Positions 52,790 through 61,200 of a DNA stretch of 64,000 bases are shown one piece after another. Where the stretch lies: the NCBI GenBank assembly GCA_963795575.1, contig CAWCII010000012.1:15624-79623 (forward strand), given 5' to 3'. The translations under genes and the position numbers were made by a program. Position 1 is the first letter of the stretch. Each line of letters opens with the position of its first letter. The DNA comes from an uncultured Actinomycetes bacterium (GTDB lineage Bacteria; Actinomycetota; Actinomycetes; Streptosporangiales; Streptosporangiaceae). The notes beneath the pieces were generated by a model. It had not been told where the DNA came from. It did no database searches and saw only the letters and a list, made by a program, of their open reading frames with translations.

Positions 52790-54274
52790 ATGACGGAGCA
52801 GACGTCCTTCAGCGTGAGCGCCGGCCGCGGCGGCGCACCGCCCGACGACCGGTTGCAGCCCGAGCTGGCCGATGCGTTCCGGCTGGGACGGCGGCTGATG
52901 CGCCGGGCGGTGGCCGCGGCCCGGGCCGAGGACCAGCCGCTGCTCCGCGTCCTGCGCGACCACCTGGGTCCGGGGACGAGCAGCATGCCGGCCGTCAGCG
53001 GATCCTGGCTGCAGTACGACCACGTGAACGTGCAGATCGGCCTGGACGCCTGGCTGGCCCGGCCAGGCCGGCGGCACGAGCTGGTCGGCATCACCGGTTT
53101 CCGTCATTCCACGTTCGGCCTGGCCGAGCTGGCCGAGCCGGGCCGGTTCGACCTGGAGCTCGGCATCGGGAACGTGGCCACCGTCGCCCTTCCGGCGGGG
53201 CCGGGCGGTCGAATCCGGTCATGCGTCCGGTGCGGTCTCTACCTGATCAGCGAGGACGAAGGCCGGTACGCGCTATTGCTGCGCGGCTCGGACGATCACG
53301 GCCCGATGGAAGAGATCACCCTGGAGGTCGCCGCGACCGACGCCGGGCGGGCGGAGCGGATCCTCGGCGAGATACGGCAGCTCGCCGTCGAGCGTAACGT
53401 CTATCGCGGTCATGTGATCTCCTTCGGCGGCCAGATGTTCGGGCACGGCCGGGGCGGGCTGCTGAGCTTCCTGGAGCGCCCGGCGGTGGCCCGCGACGAC
53501 GTGGTCCTGCCGCCGGATCTGCTCGACGGGATCGAACGGCAGGTGCTCGGTGTGCAGCAGCACGCGCGCCGGCTGCTGGCCAGCGGGCAGCACCTCAAGC
53601 GCGGCGTGCTGCTGCACGGTGCTCCCGGGACCGGGAAGACGTACACGGTCGGCTACCTGATGGGCCGGATGCCGCAGGCCACGATCGTGATCCTGTCTGG
53701 TACCGCGCTGCAGATGATCGGGGAAGCATGCTCGGTCGCGCGCATGCTGCAGCCGTCGGTCATCGTGGTCGAGGATGTGGATCTGATCGCCGAGCACCGC
53801 GCGCCCCGGATGGGCCCGCTCCCGATGATGCTGGGTCAGCCGCACCCGCTGCTGTTCCAGCTGCTGAACGAGATGGACGGGCTCGGCGAGGACGTCAACG
53901 TGACGTTCCTGCTCACCACCAACCGGGTCAACATGCTGGAGGAGGCGCTAGCCCAGCGGCCCGGCCGGGTCGATCACGCGGCCGAACTACCGCTGCCCGA
54001 CGCCGAGGCCCGGGGCAGGCTGATCCGGCTCTACCAGGGGAACCTGGACCTGGATCTGGCCGGCCTGCCAGCGGTGATCGAGCGCACCGAGGGGGTCACC
54101 GCCTCCTTCCTCAAGGAGTTGCTGCGCACGGCGGCGCTGTTCGCCGCCGACGACAGCGCCGGGCGGGACGGCCCGCTGCGGGTGACCGATGCGCACATGG
54201 GAGCGGCCCTCGACCAGCTGCTCGACACCCGCAGCCAGCTCACCCGGGTGCTGCTCGGCGGGCAGCCGGAGTAG
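52790..54274 (+). CDS. AAA family ATPase (classical clade) with ~230-aa N-terminal domain, BCS1-like layout
   Basis: Intact 494-aa ORF with Walker A (LLHGAPGTGKT) and Walker B (PSVIVVEDVDL), then LLNEMDG and LTTNRVNMLEEALAQRPGRVD. No protease or other fused effector domain. Confidence 0.8.
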   Translation: MTEQTSFSVSAGRGGAPPDDRLQPELADAFRLGRRLMRRAVAAARAEDQPLLRVLRDHLGPGTSSMPAVSGSWLQYDHVNVQIGLDAWLARPGRRHELVGITGFRHSTFGLAELAEPGRFDLELGIGNVATVALPAGPGGRIRSCVRCGLYLISEDEGRYALLLRGSDDHGPMEEITLEVAATDAGRAERILGEIRQLAVERNVYRGHVISFGGQMFGHGRGGLLSFLERPAVARDDVVLPPDLLDGIERQVLGVQQHARRLLASGQHLKRGVLLHGAPGTGKTYTVGYLMGRMPQATIVILSGTALQMIGEACSVARMLQPSVIVVEDVDLIAEHRAPRMGPLPMMLGQPHPLLFQLLNEMDGLGEDVNVTFLLTTNRVNMLEEALAQRPGRVDHAAELPLPDAEARGRLIRLYQGNLDLDLAGLPAVIERTEGVTASFLKELLRTAALFAADDSAGRDGPLRVTDAHMGAALDQLLDTRSQLTRVLLGGQPE

Positions 54275-54291
54275 CCCGGATCTGCCCGCCC

Positions 54292-54341
54292 GGCGCCGGT
54301 GCCTGAGTCGGGCTGGCCGCCAGCCGGCAGGCGCCGGCGCC
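54292..54341. terminator. long hairpin between convergent AAA ATPase and pcaD genes
   Basis: GGCGCCGGTGCCTG ... CAGGCGCCGGCGCC (13/14 complementary) encloses an inner GGCTGG/CCAGCC stem. Read directly. Confidence 0.45.
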
Positions 54342-54387
54342 ACCAGTAACGCCGGGTCGCTCCTTCGCGGCACGCGCCGGTCGGGCC

Positions 54388-55231
54388 CTATCCCGCCAGG
54401 TGGCCGAGCAGGGCGGCGGTCACCGGGCCAGGCGCCTGGAGGTTGGCCAGGTGCGCGGCGCCGCGGACCACCGTCAGCCGTGCCCCGCTGACCTGCCGGG
54501 CGATCAGCGCGCCGTGCGAGGGCGGCGTGGCCGGATCCCCGCTGGCCGCGATGACCAGCGTGGGCGCGGTGACCGCGGCGAGCGCGGGGCGCAGATCCAT
54601 CGCGGCGATCGCCTCGCAGCAGCCCGCATAGCCCTCCGGGTCGGTGGCTTCCAGCATCCGCGCGGCCAGCGCCGTCGCCGGGGGCGAGGACCGCAGGAAC
54701 GGCGGGGTGAACCAGCGGCCCAGCGCCTGCCCGGTCAGCGACGCCATGCCGGCCGCGCGCACCTGGGCCGCGCGCGCGGCCCAGCCGGAGGCCGGCGGCA
54801 GCCAGGCCGACGTGCAGCACAGCCCGAGCGCCGCGATCCGGTCCGGGGCGTGCGCCGCCAGCCACATGCCGATCATCCCGCCCAGCGATATCCCGCAGTA
54901 GTGCGCCCGGCCGACGCCGTGCTCGTCGAGCAGCGCAAGGACGGCCGCGCCCAGGCCGGCGACGGTGTACGGGCCCGGCGGCGCGTCGTGCGGCCCGCGG
55001 CCGTGCCCGGGCAGCTCGAAGCGCAGCAGCCGGAAGCGGGCGGCGAGCGCGGGAATCTGGGGGGCCCAGACGTCCCGGGAGGTGCCGAGCGAGTTGCCGA
55101 GCACGAGCACAGGCTGGCCGTCGCCGCCCTCCAGCGAGGCGGCCAGGCGGAGCGCGGGGCGGCAGGCGCTGCGCGGCGCCGGCGAGTCCGGCGCCGGCAG
55201 GCCCGGGCATCGGGCGGGCGCTCTCAGACAT
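54388..55231 (-). pseudogene. pcaD: 3-oxoadipate enol-lactonase (alpha/beta hydrolase), frame hop near the 5' end
   Basis: ORF 54388..55650 distal part (PVLVLGNSLGTSRDVWAPQIPALAARFRLLRFELPGHG...YCGISLGGMIGMWLA). The ATG at 55231 lies in another frame. Confidence 0.8.
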
Positions 55232-55807
55232 CGAAGAAGACCGTCTCGTCCTGGCCCTGCAGCCGGATGTCGAACCGGAACTCCCCGGCGGCGGCCGGCG
55301 CGGCGATGAGGGTGTTCCGCCTGCTGCGTTCGGTAATGCCGGACAGCACCGGATCGGCGGCGTTCGCCTCTTCCTCGTCCGGGAAGTAGATCCGGGTCAC
55401 CAGCCGGTCGAGCAGGCCGCGCGCGAAGACGGACACGTCCAGGTGCGGCGCCTCGGTGCGGCCGTCGCCGCTGGGCAGCGGGGCCGGGCGCAGCGTGACG
55501 ATCCGGTACTGTCCGCCGGGACCGGTGGGGCAGCGGCCGAACCGGCGGAAGCGGGCGGCCGGCCGGCCGGGTCCCGGGCCGTCTGCCGGGGATCGTCGGG
55601 ATGGCCGAAGCTCCCGTCGGGGGCGGCCTGCCAGGTCTCGACCAGGGCATCGGGAACCGGGGCGCCGGCGCCGTCCAGGACGCGCCCGGTGACCACGAGC
55701 GCGCCCGCCGCTGCGTCGGGCACCACGTTCGGCCCGTCCGGCCAGGGCAGGGCGATGGCGAAGAACGGGCCCACGGTCTGCGACGGGGTGAGCGGGGGGC
55801 CGTTCAC
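55224..55807 (-). pseudogene. pcaG: protocatechuate 3,4-dioxygenase alpha subunit, frame hop
   Basis: GTG start (VNGPPLTPSQTVGPFFAI) overlaps the pcaH stop. The C-terminus is in ORF 55224..55436 (HLDVSVFARGLLDRLVTRIYFPDEE...DPVL). Confidence 0.85.
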
Positions 55808-56551
55808 CGGTCTCCCGTCCGGGGCTCGGACGGCGTTGCGCCGCGGCCCCGCAGCACGATGTCCCAGGAGTAGGCCAGGGCCCACTCCGGCTCGGTCAGC
55901 CCGAGGTCGAAGCGGGCCACCAGCCGCTGCCGGGCGTCCCGGCCGGGCACCGAGTTGAGGACCGGATCCAGCGGCTGCAGCGGGTCGCCGGGAAAGTACA
56001 TCTGGGTGATCAGGCGCTGGGTGAACGACCGGCCGAACAGCGAGAAGTGAATGTGCGCGGGCCGCCAGGCATTCGGGTGGTTGCGCCACGGGTAGGAGCC
56101 CGGCTTGATCGTGACGAACCGGTACCTGCCCTCGTCGTCGGTCAGGCACCGGCCGAGGCCGGTGAAGTTGGGATCCAGCGGCGCGGGGTGCTGATCGTTC
56201 GCGTGCAGGTACCGGCCGGCCGCGTTGGCCTGCCAGAATCTCGACCAGGCTGCGGGGCACCGGGCGGCCGTCGCCGTCGAGTACGCGGCCGGTGACGATG
56301 ATCCGCTCCCCGTGCGGCTCCCCCGGGTGCTGCGCGGTCAGGTCGGCATCGGCGGGCCGCACCCGCTCCTCGCCGAGCAGCGGCCCGGTGATCTCGGTCA
56401 GCCGGTGCGGCAGCAGCACGAGAGGCTGGTGCGGCGCGCGCAGCGCCGACGACCGGTACTGGGGGAAGTCGTTCGGCGGGTGCATCCCGCGGGGACGCTG
56501 GTAGGAAGGCAGCGTGAAGGTGCCGTCTCCGGCCCGCCGGGCGGTGCTCAT
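55804..56551 (-). pseudogene. pcaH: protocatechuate 3,4-dioxygenase beta subunit, frame hops
   Basis: ORF 55397..56551 gives the N-terminus (HPPNDFPQYRSSALRAP...IIVTGRVLDGDGRPV). Then WQANAAGRYLH...AWRPAHIHFS (other frame). ORF 55804..56001 gives the C-terminus (MYFPGDPLQPLDPVLN). Confidence 0.85.
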
Positions 56552-57405
56552 CGGCCTGCTCCTTCCCGGTCGGCCGGCCCGGCCGCCTGCAGCCTGCGCA
56601 GCGCGGTCAGCTCGCTTCCCGCGGGCGGCGCGATCGGGTCGAGCACCTCGGCGACGGCCAGGTCCCAGCCGGTGCTCGCGCGCACGTCGTCAACCGGCAC
56701 GTCCGGGTACAGGCCGGTCAGGACCAGCTCGCAGGTGTCCGGGTGGGGCTCGAGAATGCCCAGGTCGGTGACGACCTTCCGCGGGCCGGCGCCGGTCAGC
56801 CCGAGCCGCGCCCGGTCGCCGGGCCCGGACCCGAAGCCGACGGACGTGACGAAGTCCACCCGGTCAACGAAGGATCGCCGGGTCTGCCTGGTCACCACGA
56901 TCACCTCCCGGCAGGACGCCGCGATCTCCGGCGCGCCGCCCGCGCCCGGCAGCCTGGTCTTGGGCTCGGCGTAGTCCGCGCCGATGACCGTCGTGTTGAT
57001 GTTCCCGAACCGGTCGATCTGGGCGGCGCCGAGGAACCCCGCGTCGATCCGGCCCGGCTGCAGCCAGTAGTTGAAGATCTCCGGCACGCTGACCACGGAG
57101 TCCGCGGTCTCGGCCAGGACGCCGTCACCGATCGACAGTGGCAGCCAGCCGGGCTTGGTGCCGATCGTGCCCGACTCGTAGATCAGCACGAGCCGGGGCG
57201 CGTGCGTGGCCCGGGCCAGGTTGGCCGCCGCGCTCGGCAGGCCGATGCCGACGAAGCAGGTCATGCCGTCGCGCAGGGCACGCGAGGCCGCGACGGTCAT
57301 CATCTCGTCAGCGGTATAGCCCGCGGCCCGGGCTGGTTCCGCGCTTCCGGCCATGGCCTCCGCCTCGTGTCCCGCCGCCTCGCTCCTCGTACGGAATGCG
57401 CCCAT
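56548..57405 (-). CDS. CoA-transferase beta subunit (family I, glutaconate/3-oxoadipate CoA-transferase B type)
   Basis: Intact ORF (CFVGIGLPSAAANLA...LIYESGTIG...GAAQIDRFGNINTTVIG...LPGAGGAPEIA). The likely start is MAGSAEP at 57354. No alpha-subunit gene is adjacent. Confidence 0.7.
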   Translation of the reverse strand: MGAFRTRSEAAGHEAEAMAGSAEPARAAGYTADEMMTVAASRALRDGMTCFVGIGLPSAAANLARATHAPRLVLIYESGTIGTKPGWLPLSIGDGVLAETADSVVSVPEIFNYWLQPGRIDAGFLGAAQIDRFGNINTTVIGADYAEPKTRLPGAGGAPEIAASCREVIVVTRQTRRSFVDRVDFVTSVGFGSGPGDRARLGLTGAGPRKVVTDLGILEPHPDTCELVLTGLYPDVPVDDVRASTGWDLAVAEVLDPIAPPAGSELTALRRLQAAGPADREGAGR

Positions 57406-57412
57406 ACGTACG

Positions 57413-57799
57413 CTACCCGTCCTGCCCTTCCCCGGCGAGCACTCCCTGGGCGACGGCGAACGCGCGGTTGGCCGCGGGCACGCCCGCGTACACGGCGACC
57501 TGCAGCAGCACCTCCCGGATCTGCTCGGGAGTGAGCCCGTTGCGCAGCGCGGCCCTGGTGTGCACGGCGAGTTCGGTTTCCTGCCGGAGCACGGCCAGGG
57601 CGGTGAGCGTGATCATGCTGCGCTCGGCCCGGGACAGGCCGGGGCGGGACCGAATCTCGCCCCACGCGTACCGGGTGATCAGATCCTGGAACGGGGCGGT
57701 GAACGGCGTCGTGCCCGCGACCGCGCGGTCCACGTGGTCGTCTCCGAGCACGTCCCGGCGGGCCGCCATGCCCTGGCTGGCCCGTTCGGAATCCGTCAT
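57413..57799 (-). CDS. pcaC: 4-carboxymuconolactone decarboxylase
   Basis: Intact 128-aa ORF (YAWGEIRSRPGLSRAERSMITLTALAVLRQETELAVHTRAALRNGLTPEQIREVLLQVAVYAGVPAA). Confidence 0.85.
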   Translation of the reverse strand: MTDSERASQGMAARRDVLGDDHVDRAVAGTTPFTAPFQDLITRYAWGEIRSRPGLSRAERSMITLTALAVLRQETELAVHTRAALRNGLTPEQIREVLLQVAVYAGVPAANRAFAVAQGVLAGEGQDG

Positions 57800-57879
57800 G
57801 GCTCCTGCCCTTCTGGCTCGGGGTACCGGCGCCAGGCCGGCGGCAGCCAGTACGGGGCGGGAAGGGCGGTCTCCCGGTA

Positions 57880-58167
57880 ACCGCCGGGCGACTGGCCGCC
57901 TGGCATGCCTGCTTCCCGGAAATGACGGTCAGCGTCCCGGGCAGGCCAATCCGCGGTTCCCGTCCGGTACCGCCGCCGCCACCCGATCACCGTCGGCCGC
58001 GACACCCCGGCCGGTATCCGACTGGCCATCGGCAGCCAGCAGCACGATCCGCGCCCGCTGCGCCAGCCCGGCCCGCACCGACGAGGACCGGGTCAGCCGC
58101 TCAAGCTCCGCGCGATCTCCGTCACGCAGCCCCCAAGCGGCCGCAGGGACGATTCGGCATGGCCCAT
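57880..58167 (-). mobile_element. IS630-family transposase N-terminal (HTH) fragment, truncated and frame-shifted
   Basis: My translation of the minus strand gives ELERLTRSSSVRAGLAQRARIVLLAADGQS, then (other frame) GVSRPTVIGWRRRYRTG. This matches the IS630-type HTH layout. There is no DDE domain downstream because pcaC starts at 57799. Confidence 0.5.
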
Positions 58168-58429
58168 CGTCCCACCCACAACGGTAAAACCACTAACGAC
58201 GCGCTGCACGAGAACTCGAGATCAGCACCGCTGACCGCAACGTCCGGATTGGCGGGAATGCGCCGCTACGGCCCGGCTATCGGCGGTAGCGGCGCAGCCG
58301 ACCCTGCCAACAGGTACCGAACGGCTCTCCTTGTGCCGCTAGCGGATAAGTGCTTGGATCCCGCGGTGAAGGGTGGTCCGGCGGACCCCTGACGTTGGGC
58401 ACGAAGGGGTCCCCGACGAAAGGAGCGCC

Positions 58430-60097
58430 ATGACCAGACCCATTCGTCTGTCCAAGCGAACGTGGTTAATAGCCGCAGCGGGCGTCTGCCTGCTCGCGGC
58501 CCAGGCGCTGTTCGGCGTGACCGCGAACGCGGCGCCCGCGTCGCACGGCGTGCGCCCGAACGCCGTGGGCGAACTCGACTGCAACGGTTACAGCCCGATC
58601 CAGAAACCGGCGGCTTCCCGCAAGCTGCTCTGCACCGACATCCGTGGCATCAACGGCTACTACCATCGCTTCTACGACAACGGCCATTACATCGGCCATG
58701 ACGAGCCATCGATCCGGTTCCTGTCCAACCGGCCCGGCTCTGGCAACAACGTGACCTTCACTGAGACCCTTCCCCGGGATCCGGCGGCCTTGCCCGGCAA
58801 CAACAATCCCGGTCACGACGTCACCCACTGGTTCGAACTGACCCCGGCGCCGTGGTTCGGGATGAGCATCTGTGACCCGAACTCCTACCCGCAGACCAAG
58901 TGCACGCCCAACAGCGACAACAACGCGCCGCACGGCACGTTCCCTGGCGGCGGCGCCGCGTTCATGGAGATGCAGTTCTACCCGCCCGGCTTCGCCCCGT
59001 TCAGCGACTCGATCAGCTGCAACAACACCCACTGGTGCGCGGCGCTCAACATCGACTCGCTCGAGGCCACCGACCACAGCGGCCCGAACCCGCACTGCGA
59101 GGAGCCGGTGAACTTCGCCTTCATCCAGCGCAACGGCGTGCCCGCCGGGCCGCCGAGCCCGCAGCTCTCCAACGGGGCGACGTTCACGCCCAACAGCCAG
59201 ACGCTGATGATGAACCCCGGTGACGTCGTGCGCACCCACATGTGGGACGCGAGCATCGGCGGCGGGAAGCGCGCGTTCAAGATAGTCATCAGCGACCTGA
59301 CCACCGGGCAGAGCGGGTTCATGGAGGCCTCGGCCGCCAACGGCTTCATGAACACCAACTACGTCACCTGCGCCGGCACGCCGTTCAACTTCCAGCCGCT
59401 GTTCAACACCGCCCGGGTAGCGAACTCGATCGGCTGGTCGGTGCTGCTGTCCGGCATCCTCACCGAGTACGAGACCGGGCATTTCATCCCGTGCAAGCGC
59501 GTCACCGGGCCGTTCCCCGTGGGGTCCGACACCTCCTGGACGACCTGCCACGGGGCCTACGAGAACGCGGGACCGCCCGACGGCACCAAGAAGAGCCAGG
59601 AAGCGTCGGACGCGCTCTGCTACAAGAAGGGCGACACGCACGGCGGGACGGCGCCGCCCAACCTGGTCACCGGCTGCGAGGACAACTTCTCGCAGAATGG
59701 CGACCTGGACTTCGACGGCACGCCGTACTACGCGGACTGGCCGACCTCGACGGTCCCCAACAAGTGGCCGTCGACGTTCCTCCAGCGGCAGCCGACGACC
59801 GTGGGCGGGGCCAGGTACTCGAAGATCCAGTTCGAGACCGACCTTCCGGCGAGCGAGGTGTTCACCTGCGGGCCGAACACTCCGGCAGGCTGCACGGTCC
59901 CGCCCAAGGGCCCAGGGCACTTCTACCCGTACTACACCCAGGCGAAGGTCGGCGGGCTGTGCGTGTGGGAGTTCGGCAACATGAGAAACGGCAACAGGTT
60001 CGGCGGAGACCGCCAGTACGCCCACCTGGTGCCGCACGGGTTCTTCAAGGGGCAGTTCGACTTCGCGAGCTCGCCCCTGCCCAACCCGAGCTGCTGA
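58430..60097 (+). CDS. unrecognised Cys-rich secreted protein, paralogue 2 (intact)
   Basis: ATG at 58430 within ORF 58373..60097, with RBS GAAAGGAG and Sec signal MTRPIRLSKRTWLIAAAGVCLLAAQALFGVTANA. It shares long invariant blocks with 38278..40018. Confidence 0.85.
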   Translation: MTRPIRLSKRTWLIAAAGVCLLAAQALFGVTANAAPASHGVRPNAVGELDCNGYSPIQKPAASRKLLCTDIRGINGYYHRFYDNGHYIGHDEPSIRFLSNRPGSGNNVTFTETLPRDPAALPGNNNPGHDVTHWFELTPAPWFGMSICDPNSYPQTKCTPNSDNNAPHGTFPGGGAAFMEMQFYPPGFAPFSDSISCNNTHWCAALNIDSLEATDHSGPNPHCEEPVNFAFIQRNGVPAGPPSPQLSNGATFTPNSQTLMMNPGDVVRTHMWDASIGGGKRAFKIVISDLTTGQSGFMEASAANGFMNTNYVTCAGTPFNFQPLFNTARVANSIGWSVLLSGILTEYETGHFIPCKRVTGPFPVGSDTSWTTCHGAYENAGPPDGTKKSQEASDALCYKKGDTHGGTAPPNLVTGCEDNFSQNGDLDFDGTPYYADWPTSTVPNKWPSTFLQRQPTTVGGARYSKIQFETDLPASEVFTCGPNTPAGCTVPPKGPGHFYPYYTQAKVGGLCVWEFGNMRNGNRFGGDRQYAHLVPHGFFKGQFDFASSPLPNPSC

Positions 60098-60148
60098 GCG
60101 AGCGCCCTGGTACGCGGAGCACAACTGACCGCAAGTCCGGGCCACCGC

Positions 60149-60191
60149 GAATGCGCCGCCACGGCCGGTCCCCGGTCGTGGCGGCGCATTC
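60149..60191 (+). terminator. perfect 15-bp-stem hairpin (GAATGCGCCGCCACG-13 nt-CGTGGCGGCGCATTC) 52 nt after the paralogue 2 stop
   Basis: Read directly. It is followed by AATTTG (a weak T-tract). Confidence 0.6.
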
Positions 60192-60295
60192 AATTTGCTG
60201 CCGCATCTCACGTCCGGGCCCTGGCGGGCGTCATCGGCGCGAGCGCTCCGCCACAGGAGCGCCCGCCGCGACCGGGCGGGACCGCGCCGAAGCCG

Positions 60296-60480
60296 TCGAC
60301 TGGGATACCGTGCGCGCCGAGCTTGACCGCTAAGGCTGCGCGCTGACCAGTCCGCTGCTCACCCCGCGGGAGGCGGCTGAGATCGCGGCGCTCCATGCCG
60401 GCGACTCACGGTTCAGGTCGACCATCATCATGCCGGCACCGTTTCGGTGCGGCGAGTATCGCTACTTCGCCGAGCCAGAT
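60296..60480 (+). pseudogene. N-terminal fragment (~60-70 codons) of a 2OG-Fe(II) oxygenase (prolyl-hydroxylase-like) gene
   Basis: VDWDTVRAELDR*GCALTSPLLTPREAAEIAALHAGDSRFRSTIIM..FR.GEYRYFAEP. There is an in-frame TAA at 60331-60333 and apparent compensating indels around 60430-60450. Homology stops before 60500. Confidence 0.45.
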
Positions 60481-60522
60481 CCTCAGCAAAACCAGCGGTA
60501 AGAAGATCTCAGACGCGGGGCA

Positions 60523-61125
60523 CTAGCTTCCGGCCTGCGCGTACGCCTGCTGGCTGAGCTTCCACTGCTGAGCCTGTGACCACCGCCACCAGTCGGCGGG
60601 CTCGCACTCGCGTTCGTCACCGAGATCGGGATGCGCCCAGCCGACCGACGGCAGGTCGTACAGCATTGCGGCGAGACTGGAACAGACGACGTGTCCCGGC
60701 AGCAGGTTGTGCTGGCCGGGCCAGCGCCACAGCGGGTCGATCAGCCCGGAAAGATCATGGACATGAAGAGCGTCCAGCGTGTCCTCCGCGATGCCGACCC
60801 AGTCGTAGCTGATGCCGAGTGATTTCGCCGCGCTGGCCAGGAATGAGGTCAGCTGGTCCCGGTCGTCAGGCTTCGGCTCGTCGTGGTTGGACATGGTGCG
60901 GCTGTCGGACAGGAAGGGCGTGCAGTTGACCGGCCCGACGCCGCCGGGCTGTCCCTGGATGCCTATCCAGCGGCCGGCCTGGTCCTGGTGGGTGACCACG
61001 ATGACATGGTTGGCCACCGCCGGCTTGCCCTGCAGCGCTTCTCCCACCCGGATGAGGTCCTGGATCAGGCCGTCGCCGGTCCACACGGCCAGGATGTCGC
61101 CGGGGGCGGCAGTAAGGCTGGTCAT
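60523..61125 (-). CDS. cytoplasmic permuted papain-fold (NlpC/P60 superfamily, YiiX/C92-like) putative amidase/hydrolase
   Basis: Intact 200-aa ORF with no signal peptide. The order GDILAVW...ANHVIVV...GIQGQPGGVG...LGISYDW...GHVVCSSLAAMLY matches the His-before-Cys permuted layout as I remember it. Confidence 0.4.
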   Translation of the reverse strand: MTSLTAAPGDILAVWTGDGLIQDLIRVGEALQGKPAVANHVIVVTHQDQAGRWIGIQGQPGGVGPVNCTPFLSDSRTMSNHDEPKPDDRDQLTSFLASAAKSLGISYDWVGIAEDTLDALHVHDLSGLIDPLWRWPGQHNLLPGHVVCSSLAAMLYDLPSVGWAHPDLGDERECEPADWWRWSQAQQWKLSQQAYAQAGS

Positions 61126-61200
61126 GATGTGCTCCCTTGCTCCGTATTCGCGGGCTCACCTGTACGGAGGGAAGCGGCCCAGTCCAGATACACTCCGGGG

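Noticed and set aside
55224-56551. Programmed frameshifting in pcaH/pcaG or other operon genes.
   Set aside because: The hops occur at unrelated sequences without slippery heptamers or downstream structures, and they are matched by similar hops in dozens of unrelated genes. They are consistent with indels, not recoding.
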